Positions 9,491-21,339 of a DNA stretch of 64,000 nt are shown here, in pieces. Position numbers and translations under genes: made by a program. Origin of the DNA: an uncultured Planctomycetota bacterium (GTDB taxonomy: Bacteria > Planctomycetota > Planctomycetia > Pirellulales > Lacipirellulaceae). A model generated the notes under the pieces. That model worked only from the letters and a program-made list of their open reading frames with translations, was not told the origin of the DNA and made no database searches. Numbering within the stretch: position 1 is the first letter of the stretch; every line of letters starts with the position of its first letter. Location of the stretch: assembly GCA_963719315.1 (NCBI GenBank), contig CAVRBU010000001.1, forward strand, positions 384,001 to 448,000. Reading direction: 5' to 3'.

Positions 9491-11439
9491 GTGAACAGGC
9501 AGCGACGATTCTATTTCTTGGCCGCGCTCTGCCTGCTCGTCCTTTTTAGCCAATTCGCATGGGCCGACGCCTACGATCCGCCCGCCGGTTATTACACCAC
9601 TGCGACAGGAGTGGGGACCGCGCTGAAGCAGCAGCTGCATGCCCTGATCGACGCGGTCGATGATCCAGGTATCAGCGATGTCGTTGCGATTTCCCTGTCG
9701 TATGATTCCGCGCGGGCCAATCTCCAGGTGAGCGACGCGGACGTTGCCCATCCTGGCCATATGATTACGGTGTATGATCGTTCGTCGCTCGATGTTTCTT
9801 CCCTCTCGGCCAGCGGCATTCCGGGTTGGGATCCATCCGTTTGGAATCGAGAGCACACTTGGCCACGGAGTCGCGGCGTTGGTTCAAGCGGACCGGACGA
9901 CAGCGACATGTTCGAGATACGGCCAGCTCTGTCGGCGAGCAATGGTGATCGCGCGGACCTGAATTTCGGCGGCGCTTTTGCGCGCAGGCGTTCGGCACCG
10001 TGGTAGATGGTGGGCAAACCTATTGGTATCCAGGCGATGCCGAAGCCGGAATGATTGCCCGCCAACAGTTTTACCTGGCCGTGCGGTACAATGGCTCGGA
10101 CGGCAATACGAATGACCTGGAGTTGGGCGCGAACTTCATCTCAAACCCGAGCGGCTCCGATGACCCACCGCCACAGCTTGGAAACTTAAATCGTTTGATC
10201 GAGTGGAATTATGCCGCGACACCCGACTCGTTCGAACGCCGCCGAAACCAGATCATCTACGACAATTTCCAGCACAACCGCAATCCCTTTACGGACCACC
10301 CTGAGTACGTGTGGTCGGTGTTCGTCGACCAGAACAACGACAGCCAGTTGTCGATCCAGGGTGGAACGACGCTCGCCAATGGCAATTCAACGCGAATCGT
10401 TGACCTCGGCCGCGTGTTCGTGAACGGCGCGGTGCCGGCCGCTCAGGCGTTCACGCTAAATAAGAGTGGCAGCGACGGCACGTACTTTGAAGTTTCGACC
10501 AGCGGCGCTGCGACCAGTTCGCTTTCCGGTCGATTCAACGCGATGCGGACGAATCAAACAGACAGCAAGTCCATCTACGTCGGCCTGAGCACCTCGACCG
10601 CGACAGCCGGAATAAAGAGCGGCGCCGTGACGATCGACAACCTCGACATCACGACCGGCCTCGGCAGCGGCCACGGCGCCGGCGACCAGAACGACACGTT
10701 CAACGTCAGCCTCACCGTGCTCGACCACGCACAAGCGTCGTTTTCGTCGCTGGCGCTCGCCACGACGCGCACGCTTGATTTCGGCAACATCGCCATCGGC
10801 TCCAGTCCGTCCTCGTTGAACTTCGATGTCTATAACTTGCTGGCGGCCTCCGGCTTCTCGGCGAACATGGATTTCGACAGCTTCACGCCTTCCGGAAACT
10901 CTGCGGCTTTCAGCACGGACCTGGCAGCGTCGGCCGGATCGCTGGCAATCGCCGCGGGCGCTACGCATGCGTTCATGTCCACGTTCGTGGCTACGACCGT
11001 CGGCACATTCACGGCAAATTACTTGTTGAACTTCTCCGACGAGAACATCGCCGGCGCGCTGAACAGTTCGATCACACTCACGCTCACCGGCACGATGCGA
11101 CTGCCGGGCGATTACAACGGCGACTTGAAAGTCGATGCCGCCGATTATACCGTGTGGCGAATGACGATGGACCAGTCCGTTGCGGCCTACGACGGCGCCG
11201 ATGGAGACGGCGACGGCATGATCAACACGGCCGATTTCGACGTTTGGCGCACTCACTTCGGCCAAACCGCGTCCGGCAGTGGCGCCGCAATAGCGACCGC
11301 CGTCGTACCGGAACCGGCAAGTTGCGCGCTATTTGTGGCGGGCGCTCTCGTTTTCGCTTTTCGGCGTCCCGTCAGGAAGGCCCTCGGCAGGCGCTTACTT
11401 CGGGTCGCGTACGATTTCTCCGCCGGCGCTTGTGAATAG
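9491..11439 (+). CDS. Extracellular endonuclease I family protein with dockerin-like module and PEP-CTERM; apparent frameshift ~9980
   Basis: Signal peptide; [47 protein letters not shown]+TM+RR. ORFs 9467..10006 and 10000..11439 join as [16 protein letters not shown] if one base is added. Confidence 0.85.
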
Positions 11440-13117
11440 TGCGCTTAGTGTTTGCCGATCGACGCTATTGGCGACGAACGATACGTGGCCATCGGCGAAA
11501 GCCGCGAGCCAGCCGCCAGGACGCAGCCCGCCCAATCCGGCCGACGGGTTTTGAGCGTCGAACTTCAAATCATCCGGTTTCGTCCAATCCACTGCCTGAT
11601 CGGCATTCGCTTCCACGAGCATGATCGTATTGCTTGTTCCATCGGTGATGTTCCGAATGCGCGTGCCTTTTTCAGTGCCGTTGAATATGCACGGCGTCCC
11701 GACAACGGCCAGATAGTTCGTCTTGCCGGGTGGAAGTGGCAAATTAGGATTCGCATAGATGGCCGGCATTTGAGGAATGAGAGCGCGGTTGTGCTCGCTG
11801 TCCCAGGGTTCATCGAGATGGAACTGTTGATAGAGCGCCTGATTCTCGATAAACGGAAGGATTTGCACCCGCCAGCTTAACAGCGGTTTGCCATCCGGGC
11901 TGTAAATCGCATGAGCAGGGTAACTTTTCTTGGCGCTCTCATAATTGAGCAGCCCCAGAATCATCTGCTTCATGTTGTTCATCGATTGGTTCCGCCGCGC
12001 CGCCTCGCGGGCCGCCTGAACCGCCGGCAGCAACAGCGCGACCAGAACGCCAATCACCGCCACGGTGACCAACTGCTGCTGCTGAGAGTTACCGCCCTCG
12101 GCGAAAGAAAACCAACTGAGCGCCGTTGCGCTTCGGCATAAACGGCTGTGCCCAGCGGCCCGAGACCCGCTCCGCGTACTCCGCCATCGCCCGTTCGACC
12201 GGATCATCGCTGTCCTTCTGCTTGGCGAGCGAAGCCTTCATCTTTTCCTGATACATCGCGGCCGAGTCTGCCAAGATCTTCTCAATCTGTTGGGCGGCGG
12301 CCTCGTCGTTCGCATGCGCCACTAGCGAAGTGGTTCCCGCTTTCGAAAGATTGACCGTCAACTCCGCCGCATCGATCAAGTTGAGCGCGTCGAGAAACGG
12401 CTTCGCTTCGGGCGGAATCGGCTTATGCGATTGGGCCAGCCCCATTTGCAAGAGCGGCCGCAAACTGGTGATGTTCACCGCCGCATACAAATCGCTGCCG
12501 CCCGGCGCTTTTTGGACGCGATCGATAATCGGCCCCGACTTCGGCCCAGCAGCAGGCGCGGCAAATTTCTGGACTACCGCGTCCGGCGCGATGACGAGCG
12601 TCTTGGCATTCGGCGCGTAGAAGCTCGGCAGCATCGGCTGTTGGCTCTTGAGATACGCTCTGCCGGCAATTTGATCGCGCTGCGTGTGTGCCCGCAGTCG
12701 CTCGGGAATGTCCGACGCGTGAATCGGGGCAGTGAGCTTCAAGGTCAGGCCGTATACCGGCGCGATTGGATTGGCCAAATCCACAAACGCGACTGCTTCC
12801 TCCACATTCGCCGGATCGACGCCAAGGTATTTCAAACCGGCGGCCGTAGCTACTTCCACCGGCAGCAATTCGCTCATCGGCGACTTCATAATCTGCGCCG
12901 GCCGCAACACAACTACGACAGAAGCCGTCGGCGTGACATACGTCGTGTCAATCGCCCCGGCCGCCGCTCCGACGGGCTGCGTTGCCGTAACCGGCGCCGT
13001 CCCTGGGGCCGTCGTCTGCGCGACCACATTCAGCGACGGCCCGATCGCCATCGTCGCGGCAAGAAACGCACAAATAATCTGTTGCCGAAAGCCAGCACGC
13101 AATACGCTAGATGTCAT
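11395..13117 (-). CDS. DUF1559 domain protein with long N-terminal region; apparent frameshift ~12100
   Basis: [47 protein letters not shown]-terminal half in ORF 12089..13117. Confidence 0.85.
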
Positions 13118-13173
13118 GTTTTAGTCCTATATGACGAGTAATTGATAAGTGAAGCGATAATTGCGAATTTGCG

Positions 13174-14430
13174 TCACCGCCGCTCGGCTTCGGGCGGTGG
13201 GACTTCACCGCCGGCGGGCGGCGCCCCGACACCTGCTCCCTCTTGGGCTCTCCGCGCCGCCTCGCGTGCCGCCTGGACGGCCGGCAGCAGCAACGCAACG
13301 AGAACTCCAATCACTGCCACGCTGGTGAGCTGCCGCTGGGCCGGATCCTGGCCGTCGATTTGAACGCATGTCACGCTGGTTCCGTTTCGTAGAGGCTGAA
13401 ACGGCTTCGCCATCCGTTCTTTGTATCGGGCCAACGCTTGCTGAATAGGATCGTCGCCCGCTGGCTGCTCGCCTGCCGTGGCCTGATATTTGTTGATCGC
13501 CTCCAGCAGCATCGCTTCAATTTGTTGGGCCGCCGCGTCGTCATTGCCGTGGAGGACAAGCGAAGTGGGGCCCGGAGCAGTCAGATTGAACGTCAATTCC
13601 GCGGCCGAGATGAGATTGGGCGCGTCTAGGTAAGGCTTGGCCTCAGGAGGTAGCTTCCCTTGCGCTTGCGCCATGCTCATTTGAATGAGCGGACGCAGGC
13701 TCACTACGTCCGCGGCAACATACAAATCGCTGCCCGCCTGCGCCTCTCGCGATCGATCTAGAATTGGGCCGGATTTCGGTTGGCCGGCCGATGTGACCAA
13801 AGTCTGCATGACGGCATCCGGCGCCAATACCAGCGTTTTGTTGTTAGGCCCGTAGAAACTTGGCAGCAAGGGATGGGCGCTTTTCAAGTACTTCTTCCCG
13901 TTCAAGTCGGAAAGGTGTGCATGCGTGCGCCGTTCGACGGGAATCGCCGCGGCTCGAAACGGCTTGTTGAATTTGATCGTTACACCATATAGGGGCGGAA
14001 GCCCATTTGATAAATCAATAAACGCGATGATTTCGTCCACATCGACCGGATCGACTCCCAAGTACTTTACCCCCGCCGCCGATGCCACCTCGACAGGAAA
14101 CATTTGTGACACGGGCGATGTCAGCAATTGGGCCGGCCGAAGCACGGCGAGCACCGATGCCGTCGGTGACACAAACGTCGTATCGATTTTGCCGGTCATG
14201 GATCCCGGCGAGCTGGGCGGCGCGGGCGACCCCTCCTGAAAAATAGGCGGGGTCTCGGCCGGTGGCGCCTCGGGCCCACGCTCCAACCCGCTAACGCTCC
14301 TTCGCACCGCCTGCTGGGCGCCAAACCCTTGCCCGAACGCGGCCGCCGAAGGGGCCGCGGCGATCGCCCCCGAAAGCAGGAAACAAAGAAATCGCTGAAA
14401 ACGACCGGGCCGGAGTTGGTGACTAATCAT
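13174..14430 (-). CDS. Paralog of the adjacent gene ending just after the pilin-like helix (no DUF1559 domain)
   Basis: Shares IDTT.V.PTASV..VLRPAQ, PVEVA.AAG.KYLGVDP and SDLY blocks; ends [19 protein letters not shown] plus a short tail. Confidence 0.8.
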   Translation of the reverse strand: MISHQLRPGRFQRFLCFLLSGAIAAAPSAAAFGQGFGAQQAVRRSVSGLERGPEAPPAETPPIFQEGSPAPPSSPGSMTGKIDTTFVSPTASVLAVLRPAQLLTSPVSQMFPVEVASAAGVKYLGVDPVDVDEIIAFIDLSNGLPPLYGVTIKFNKPFRAAAIPVERRTHAHLSDLNGKKYLKSAHPLLPSFYGPNNKTLVLAPDAVMQTLVTSAGQPKSGPILDRSREAQAGSDLYVAADVVSLRPLIQMSMAQAQGKLPPEAKPYLDAPNLISAAELTFNLTAPGPTSLVLHGNDDAAAQQIEAMLLEAINKYQATAGEQPAGDDPIQQALARYKERMAKPFQPLRNGTSVTCVQIDGQDPAQRQLTSVAVIGVLVALLLPAVQAAREAARRAQEGAGVGAPPAGGEVPPPEAERR

Positions 14431-14755
14431 GGCTATGTTCCAACCTGGGAGAATTTCGGTGCAGAGAAGCAAAACAGTTCGCCGGCGAAAGCGTCGGTTC
14501 AGCTTAAAGTCGCCCCCAGGCCACGTCAAATTAGTGGGCAGGGCTCAAAATCGGCCCGCCGCCCAAGCATAATGAAAACCTAGAATTCAAGCGGTATCGA
14601 GTCGCGGTTCTGGACACTCCGTGGTGGGCTGTCCCTGCCGGTATTGGCGGGATTCCCCCATCTATCCACCAGGACGGCGATGGCGAAGAATTTCTAGCTA
14701 GTTCGTTTCGGCACCTCGCATCGTGCCAGCGCGCTTCGCGAATTGAGGAACATGC

Positions 14756-16084
14756 ATGGGTAGGCCGAAGCGAACTTTAGCGACTCTATCGGTCGGCGTG
14801 TTGTGGCTGTCGTCCTGCCGGCAGCCCAATCAATTCGTACCCCCGCCCCCGCCGACCGTGACTGTCGCGCATCCCGTGGAGCGCGCCGTCGCGGATAGCA
14901 TCGAGCTCTCTGGCATTACCGAGCCCACGCAAATCGTCGATCTCCGCGCTCGCGTAAATGGATACCTGGAAAAAATCCTGGTCGAGGACGGCGCCGATGT
15001 CAAAGTCGGCGAGGAATTGTTCTTGATCGAGCAAGCCCCCTATCAGTCGGTGCTCGACGCCGCGAAGGCGGCCGACCATAAGGCGATCGCTTCCTTGGCG
15101 TTGGCCAAGAGCCAGTACCGCCGCATGGAACCGCTGCGAGCAAACGGCGTGGTCACGCAGGAAGAGCTCGATGTTCAAGCCGCCCAGGTCGCCACGTCGC
15201 AGGCCGACGTGGAAGCCGCCGAAGCCGCGGTGCGGAAGGCGGAGCTGGATTTGGGCTACACGAAAATCACGGCGCCGATCTCGGGGCGCATGGGCCGGCA
15301 CTTGGTGGATGTCGGCAACCTCGTTCGCGCGGAAGAGACTCAACTGGCCATCATTCGGGTGATCGATCCGATCTACGTGCAATTCGAAATCAGCGAAAAC
15401 GACTTGCTGCGGTTTATGGCGATGCTGCGAAACAAGGAGTTGCCGGACCCGGAAAAGCACCCGCCGGTGCTGTATCTTGGGCTCGCCAATGAAGAGGGCT
15501 TCCCCCACGAGGGGCACCTGGACTACCGCGAGATGGTCGTCGATCCGCAGACCGGAACGGCGCGCCGCCGCGCCATTTTCCCGAACCCCGGTTGGGAACT
15601 TATTCCAGGGATGTCCGTGCGTCTTCAGGCCGCGATAGGATCTCCGAAGCCCCGTTTGCTAATCGACGAACGGGCGATCGGCAGCGACCAACGTGGCGAT
15701 TACCTGCTCGTCGTGAATAGCAAAGACACCGTCGAGTATCGCCCCGTGAAACTCGGCATTCACGTCGGTTCGAGGCGCGTCATCGACAGTGGCATCGAAG
15801 CCAGCGATTGGGTCGTAGTCAACGGCCTACAACGCGCCCGCCCCGGTTCCGAGGTGAAGCCCGAGCCCGCTGAAACTTCCGACGCGTCCGCGACGAAAAC
15901 TGAATCCCCTGTCAAACCCGAAGGCTCGACGACAACCCCACCTGAAACGAAAACGGAACCCGAAGCTGCTGCGCCAGCCAAGCCCGGCGACGAGCCAAAA
16001 ACGGCGCCCGGCTCGAACTCCACAGCGACTCCGGAAAAGTCGACTGCTGCGCCTTCGCCCAACGTGCCGGACAAGCCAAAGTAG
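14756..16084 (+). CDS. RND efflux periplasmic adaptor (MFP), lipoprotein
   Basis: LSSC lipobox-like site; VDLRARVNGYL, YTKITAPISGRMG, VVVNGLQRARPG; Pro/Thr-rich tail. Confidence 0.93.
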   Translation: MGRPKRTLATLSVGVLWLSSCRQPNQFVPPPPPTVTVAHPVERAVADSIELSGITEPTQIVDLRARVNGYLEKILVEDGADVKVGEELFLIEQAPYQSVLDAAKAADHKAIASLALAKSQYRRMEPLRANGVVTQEELDVQAAQVATSQADVEAAEAAVRKAELDLGYTKITAPISGRMGRHLVDVGNLVRAEETQLAIIRVIDPIYVQFEISENDLLRFMAMLRNKELPDPEKHPPVLYLGLANEEGFPHEGHLDYREMVVDPQTGTARRRAIFPNPGWELIPGMSVRLQAAIGSPKPRLLIDERAIGSDQRGDYLLVVNSKDTVEYRPVKLGIHVGSRRVIDSGIEASDWVVVNGLQRARPGSEVKPEPAETSDASATKTESPVKPEGSTTTPPETKTEPEAAAPAKPGDEPKTAPGSNSTATPEKSTAAPSPNVPDKPK

Positions 16085-16153
16085 CAGCCGGCTCCTGCCC
16101 ACAAATTCGTCCCGCACTCCTCGAACCCATCCCACTATTCCACTCCCGCGGCA

Positions 16154-19100
16154 ATGCTCTCCCGGTTTTTCATCGAACGCCCGATCTTCGCAAATGTCAT
16201 CGCCTTGGTGACGATTTTGCTGGGCGCGATTTCGGTCTGGCGATTGCCGGTCGAGCAGTATCCGGCCATCACGCCGCCGACCGTCCGCGTGACGACAAAC
16301 TATCCCGGCGCGAATGCCGACGTGGTGGCCAACACGGTCGCATCGCCGATCGAAACCCAAGTCAACGGCGTGGAGAACATGCTCTACATGTCGTCCACGT
16401 CCTCGGGCGATGGCGGCTACTCGAACACCATCACGTTCGAAATCGGCACAAATCTCGATACGGCCCAGGTGCTCGTGCAGAATCGCGTGGCGATCGCCGA
16501 GCCGCAACTTCCCGAAGAAGTCCGCCGCCAGGGAGTGACCGTCAAAAAGCAATCCACCAACATTATGTTGGTGATCTCGCTCACTTCGCCCGATAGCACG
16601 TTTGATAGCTTATTCCTGGCGAACTACGCGACGCGAGAATTGCGCGACGTACTCAGCCGATTGCACGGCGTCGGCGAAGTCACGGTGTTCGGCACGGCGA
16701 ACTACAGCATGCGCGTGTGGCTCAACCCGCACGAACTCAAATCGCGCGGCCTGACGACGGAAGACGTCGCCAACGCCCTCCGCGAACAAAACGTGCAGGT
16801 CGCCGCCGGCCAGGTCGGTCAGCCCCCGATCGACGACAAAAACGCCCCGGATTTCCAATACAACGTCACCACGCTGGGCCGGCTGAGCGACGCGGAGCAA
16901 TTTCAGAACATCATCGTCCGGGCCGCCGACCGCACTAAAATCACACGGCTCAAGGACGTCGCTCGCATCGAGCTCGGTGCTCAAACCTACGATCAATACA
17001 ACTTGATCAAAGGCCGACCGACCGCCAACATCGGCATCTTTCAACTACCGGGCAGCAATGCGCTGGATGTCGTCCGCGAGGTTCGCAAGGAAGTCGAGAA
17101 ACTCGCCGCATCATTCCCGAAGGGCATGAGCTACGAGTTCCCGCTCGATACCACCAAGTTCGTCGACGAGTCGATTCGCGCCGTCTATGAAACGCTGATC
17201 GAAGCCGGCGTGCTCGTGCTGCTGGTAATCTTGGTGTTCCTGCAAGATTGGCGGGCCCTGCTCGTGCCCGCTACCACGGTGCCGGTGACGATCATCGGCG
17301 CGTTCTTCGCGATGTGGCTGCTCGGTTTCAGCGTCAACATGCTCACGTTGTTTGGCCTGGTGCTCGCCATCGGCATCGTCGTGGATGACGCGATCGTCGT
17401 CGTCGAAAACGCCGCGCACCATATCGAGAGAGGGCTGCCGCCCAAACAGGCCACGATTCAAGCCATGAGCGAAGTGCTCGGGCCGATCATCGGCATCACG
17501 CTCGTGCTCATGAGCGTGTTCCTTCCGAGCGCGTTCATGAGCGGCATCACGGGTCAGCTTTATCAGCAATTCGCGCTCACGATCGCTGCTACCGCATTCA
17601 TCAGCGCAATCAATGCCGTGACGCTCAAGCCGGCCCAATGCGCGCTGTGGTTACGTCCCCACAGCGGCCGCAAGAACTTCTTCACGCGCGGTTTCGATCG
17701 CGCGTATGGCTGGCTCGAATCATTCTACGCGGCTATCGTGCGGGGCATCGTCCGCATTTCGCCCTTGATGATGCTTTTGTTCGCTGGCTTGATGGTGCTA
17801 ACCGCCTGGTGGTACCAGCGTGTGCCTACCGGCTTCATCCCGACGGAAGACCAAGGATACTGCTTCGTCCTCGTGCAATTGCCGGATGCCGCTTCGCAAG
17901 AACGTTCGAAAGCCGTCATGCGGAAAGTCGACGAGATTTTGGAGAAGATCGAAGGGGTCGAGAATTGGATCACCATCGGCGGGCTGTCCATTATCGATCA
18001 AAGCTCGGCGCCGAACACCGGCACGATGTTCGTCACGTTCGCCCCTTTTGAGGAACGCCTGAAAAAGGGTCTCTCGCTCGATACGATGCTCGCCAAACTG
18101 CGGACGCAACTCGGCACGATTCAGGAAGCCGTCGTGCTGCCGTTCGCGCCGCCGGCCATTCGCGGTCTCGGCGTTCGCGGCGGTTTCGAAATGCAGGTGC
18201 AGGACCGCGGCGACCTCGGCCGTACCGTCTTGAACCAAGTCGTTACTGGAATCATCGAAGATGCCCGTAGCCAATCCGGCCTCGGAGCGTTGAACACGAC
18301 CTTCCGTCCCGGCGTGCCGCAGTTGTATGTGGATATCAATCGAGAAAAAGTGAAGCTGCTCGATATCCCGCTCAGCTCCGTCTTTGCCACGATGCAGGCC
18401 TACCTCGGGTCGAGCTACGTGAACGATTTCAACAAGTTCGGCCGCGTGTACCAGGTCCGCCTGCAGGCCGAGGCCAAGTATCGCGCCGAGCCGAACGATA
18501 TCCGCACGCTCGAAGTGCGAAACCGCGAGGGTGAAATGGTACCGCTCGGCACACTCGCCACGATCAAGAAAACGTTCGGCGCCCAAATCATCAACCGCTA
18601 CAACATGTACCCGTCCGCCGCGATCACGGGCGAGCCAGCCCAGGGCGCAGCACGGGCGAAGCGCTGCAACTCATGGAACAGATCGCCGCCCGCAATTTGC
18701 CCGACCGCATGGGCTACGAATGGACCGGCATGGCCTACCAGGAAAAGAAAGTCGGCGGCGAAGCCATCGGGATCTTTGCGATGGCCGTGCTGTTGGTCTA
18801 CCTGGTGCTGGCCGCCCAGTACGAAAGCTGGTTCATCCCCTGGGCCGTAATTCTCGTCGTACCGCTCGGCGTCCTGGGCGCCGTGGCCGCCGTTTCGATA
18901 CGCGGGATGGATAACAATGTGTACACGCAGATCGGCATCGTGCTAATCATCGCGCTCGCCAGTAAGAACTCGATTCTGATCGTCGAGTTCGCCCGCGAGC
19001 TGCGGCGTCACGGCAAACCGATTCGCGAGGCGGCTGCCGAAGCCGCCCGGATGCGGTTCCGACCCATTTTGATGACGTCGTTCGCGTTCATCTTGGGCGT

Positions 19101-19296
19101 CACTCCCTTGATGGTCGCCCACGGCGCCGGGGCCGCTGGCCAGCAAGCGCTCGGCACCGCCGTTTTTGGCGGCATGCTCGCCTCGACGTTCCTGGCGATC
19201 TTCTTCGTGCCGGCCTTTTTCATCGTGATGCAAAGCGTCAGCGAGTGGTGGGGCCACGGAAAGCCCGTCGCAAAAAGCGCTGCCGACGCTGTGTAG
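16154..19296 (+). CDS. RND efflux permease (HAE1/AcrB family); apparent frameshift ~18648
   Basis: SRFFIERPIFA, LPVEQYP, GIVVDDAIVVVEN, RFRPILMTSFAF; split over 16154..18850 and 18673..19296. Confidence 0.93.
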
Positions 19297-19602
19297 GGTG
19301 GCGCCGCTCACCAATTTTTGCGCAAAATCGACGGCGGGAGGTGCTCGCCCTTACGTCCAATCATTCCAATCGCAACGATTGTTCGGGCCGCCCGAGCGGT
19401 TTGTATCGGTATCGCGATCGATCGGACATGGGCCGCGATAATTGGTCGGTTTAGCCGACCGTCGTGCCGGTAAACGGACACCCGATCCGTATCTCAAAGC
19501 TATGGTTGCTCAGACTTCGGCAGTCGCTGCCGCGAGCCTGGCGGCACTTTGTGCGCGAACATCAGGGCTCCATTTTCGAATTGCATCGCGGTTGGCTAGC
19601 TC

Positions 19603-20463
19603 ATGTTAGTTATCGTTGGCATCATCGTCGTGGTCGGGGCCGTGTTGGGCGGCTTCACGATGGCCGGCGGCCATTTCGGTGCGCTGATTCACCCCTCGGA
19701 GTTCGTCACGATCGGCGGCGCCGCGCTAGGCGGCCTCATCGTCGGTACGCCGAAAAAAGTGTTAGTCGATCTGATGAAGGGCCTCATCGCGTCGATCAAG
19801 GGCTCGCCCTACAACAAGGCGGCCCACGAAGACGCCTTCAAGTGCATGTACGATTTACTCCGCCTCGCCCGCCGCGATGGCATGCTCGCCCTCGAACCGC
19901 ACATCTCCAAACCCGACGAAAGCAGCATCTTCAGCAAATACCCGAAGGTCGCCCGCGATCACCACCTGTTGCACTTCATTTGCGGTGGCATGGGACCGCT
20001 GATCGATGCGACCGTGAAGCCGGAACAAATTGCCGGGTTGTTGGAGGTCGAACTCGGCGTTCTTCACGAAGAGCATCACGCGCCGATGCACGCCTTGCAG
20101 AAAACGGCCGATGCCTTGCCGGGCTTCGGCATCGTGGCCGCCGTGCTGGGCATCGTCATCACGATGGGTCACATCGACGGCCCGCCCGCCGAAATCGGCG
20201 AAAAGGTCGGCGCCGCGTTGGTGGGAACGTTTTTGGGGATCTTGTTGTCCTACGGATTCGCCGCGCCGCTCGCGACGCGGATGGAATTCCTCGCCCAAAG
20301 CGAGAACGCGTTTTTCAAAGTCATCGCCTCGATCATCGCGGGGTTCGCCAACAACCTGCCGCCAAAGGTGGCCGTTGAAATGGCCCGTCGCAGCGTCTCA
20401 AGCGAGTTCCGTCCCGAACGCGAAGAACTCGACGAATGGTTCAAAGAAGCGGAAGCAGCGTAG
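19603..20463 (+). CDS. motA: Flagellar motor stator protein MotA
   Basis: HPSEFVTIGGAA, ARRDGMLALE, LPGFGIVAAVLG, GAALVGTFLGILLSYG. Confidence 0.92.
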   Translation: MLVIVGIIVVVGAVLGGFTMAGGHFGALIHPSEFVTIGGAALGGLIVGTPKKVLVDLMKGLIASIKGSPYNKAAHEDAFKCMYDLLRLARRDGMLALEPHISKPDESSIFSKYPKVARDHHLLHFICGGMGPLIDATVKPEQIAGLLEVELGVLHEEHHAPMHALQKTADALPGFGIVAAVLGIVITMGHIDGPPAEIGEKVGAALVGTFLGILLSYGFAAPLATRMEFLAQSENAFFKVIASIIAGFANNLPPKVAVEMARRSVSSEFRPEREELDEWFKEAEAA

Positions 20464-20465
20464 CA

Positions 20466-20549
20466 GGGTTGAGAGTTGATGGTTGAGGGTCGAGAGTCCG
20501 GAACACCCCCGTCAACTTGACCCTCAACACTCAACCATCAACTCTCAAC
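20466..20549. repeat. Inverted heptamer arrays between motA and motB
   Basis: GGGTTGA GAGTTGA TGGTTGA GGGTCGA ... TCAACAC TCAACCA TCAACTC TCAAC. Confidence 0.8.
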
Positions 20550-20562
20550 GGCGGAGCATAGC

Positions 20563-21339
20563 ATGGCAGGCGGCGGTGGTGCATGGAAAGTGGCCTACGC
20601 GGACTTCGTGACCGCCATGATGGCCTTCTTCCTCGTGATGTGGATTACATCGCAAAACGACGACGTGAAGAAAGCCATCGGCGGCTACTTCCAAGATCCC
20701 TGGGGCACTTCCGCGGAAAGCTCCACGCCGACGATGCAGTCGCCCTCGGGCATCAACGGCGAAGCGCCATTTGGTGAAACCGCGAACGGTGTGTTGCCGA
20801 ACCGTTACCCGCAGGCAAATCTGGAGAACGCGACCGAAAAAGAACCCGGCGCCGCCTCGGTCTGGCAGCAGAAGCACAAGGTGGTCATGGTAACCAACAC
20901 CGACCGCAACCTACCGGCGTTGGTCATCACCTTCGACGAGACTTCAGCCGCCCTTACACCGGCGGCCGTGCAGCGTTTGAGCGATTTAATGCCGGCGCTG
21001 ATCGGCAAGCAAAATAAAATCGAGCTGCGCGCCCATTCGACCCGCCGCCCGCTGCCCAAAGACAGCCCCTACCACGATCATTGGCAGCTCTGCTACGACC
21101 GCAGCGCGAGTACGATGAAGTTCCTGATCGCCCACGGCGTCGAGCCCGATCGCATTCGGCTCAGTCAATCGGCAGCTTACGAACCGCTGACCATGCGTCT
21201 CGAAACTTCCTGGCAGAACGAGAACAACTGCGTGGAAGTCTTCCTGTTGACCGAAGTCGCCAGCAAATCGCCCGGCACCACTCCCGCCAGTACGCACACC
21301 GCCGAGATACCCACGACGCCGCATCGCAAATCGCCCTAG
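20563..21339 (+). CDS. motB: Flagellar motor protein MotB
   Basis: WKVAYADFVTAMMAFFLVMW; degenerate OmpA-like C-terminal domain. Confidence 0.9.
   Translation: MAGGGGAWKVAYADFVTAMMAFFLVMWITSQNDDVKKAIGGYFQDPWGTSAESSTPTMQSPSGINGEAPFGETANGVLPNRYPQANLENATEKEPGAASVWQQKHKVVMVTNTDRNLPALVITFDETSAALTPAAVQRLSDLMPALIGKQNKIELRAHSTRRPLPKDSPYHDHWQLCYDRSASTMKFLIAHGVEPDRIRLSQSAAYEPLTMRLETSWQNENNCVEVFLLTEVASKSPGTTPASTHTAEIPTTPHRKSP

Noticed and set aside
19603..21339. Zorya-like defence system
   Set aside because: MotA is normal length with no long ZorA tail, and no zorC/D/E-like genes are adjacent.
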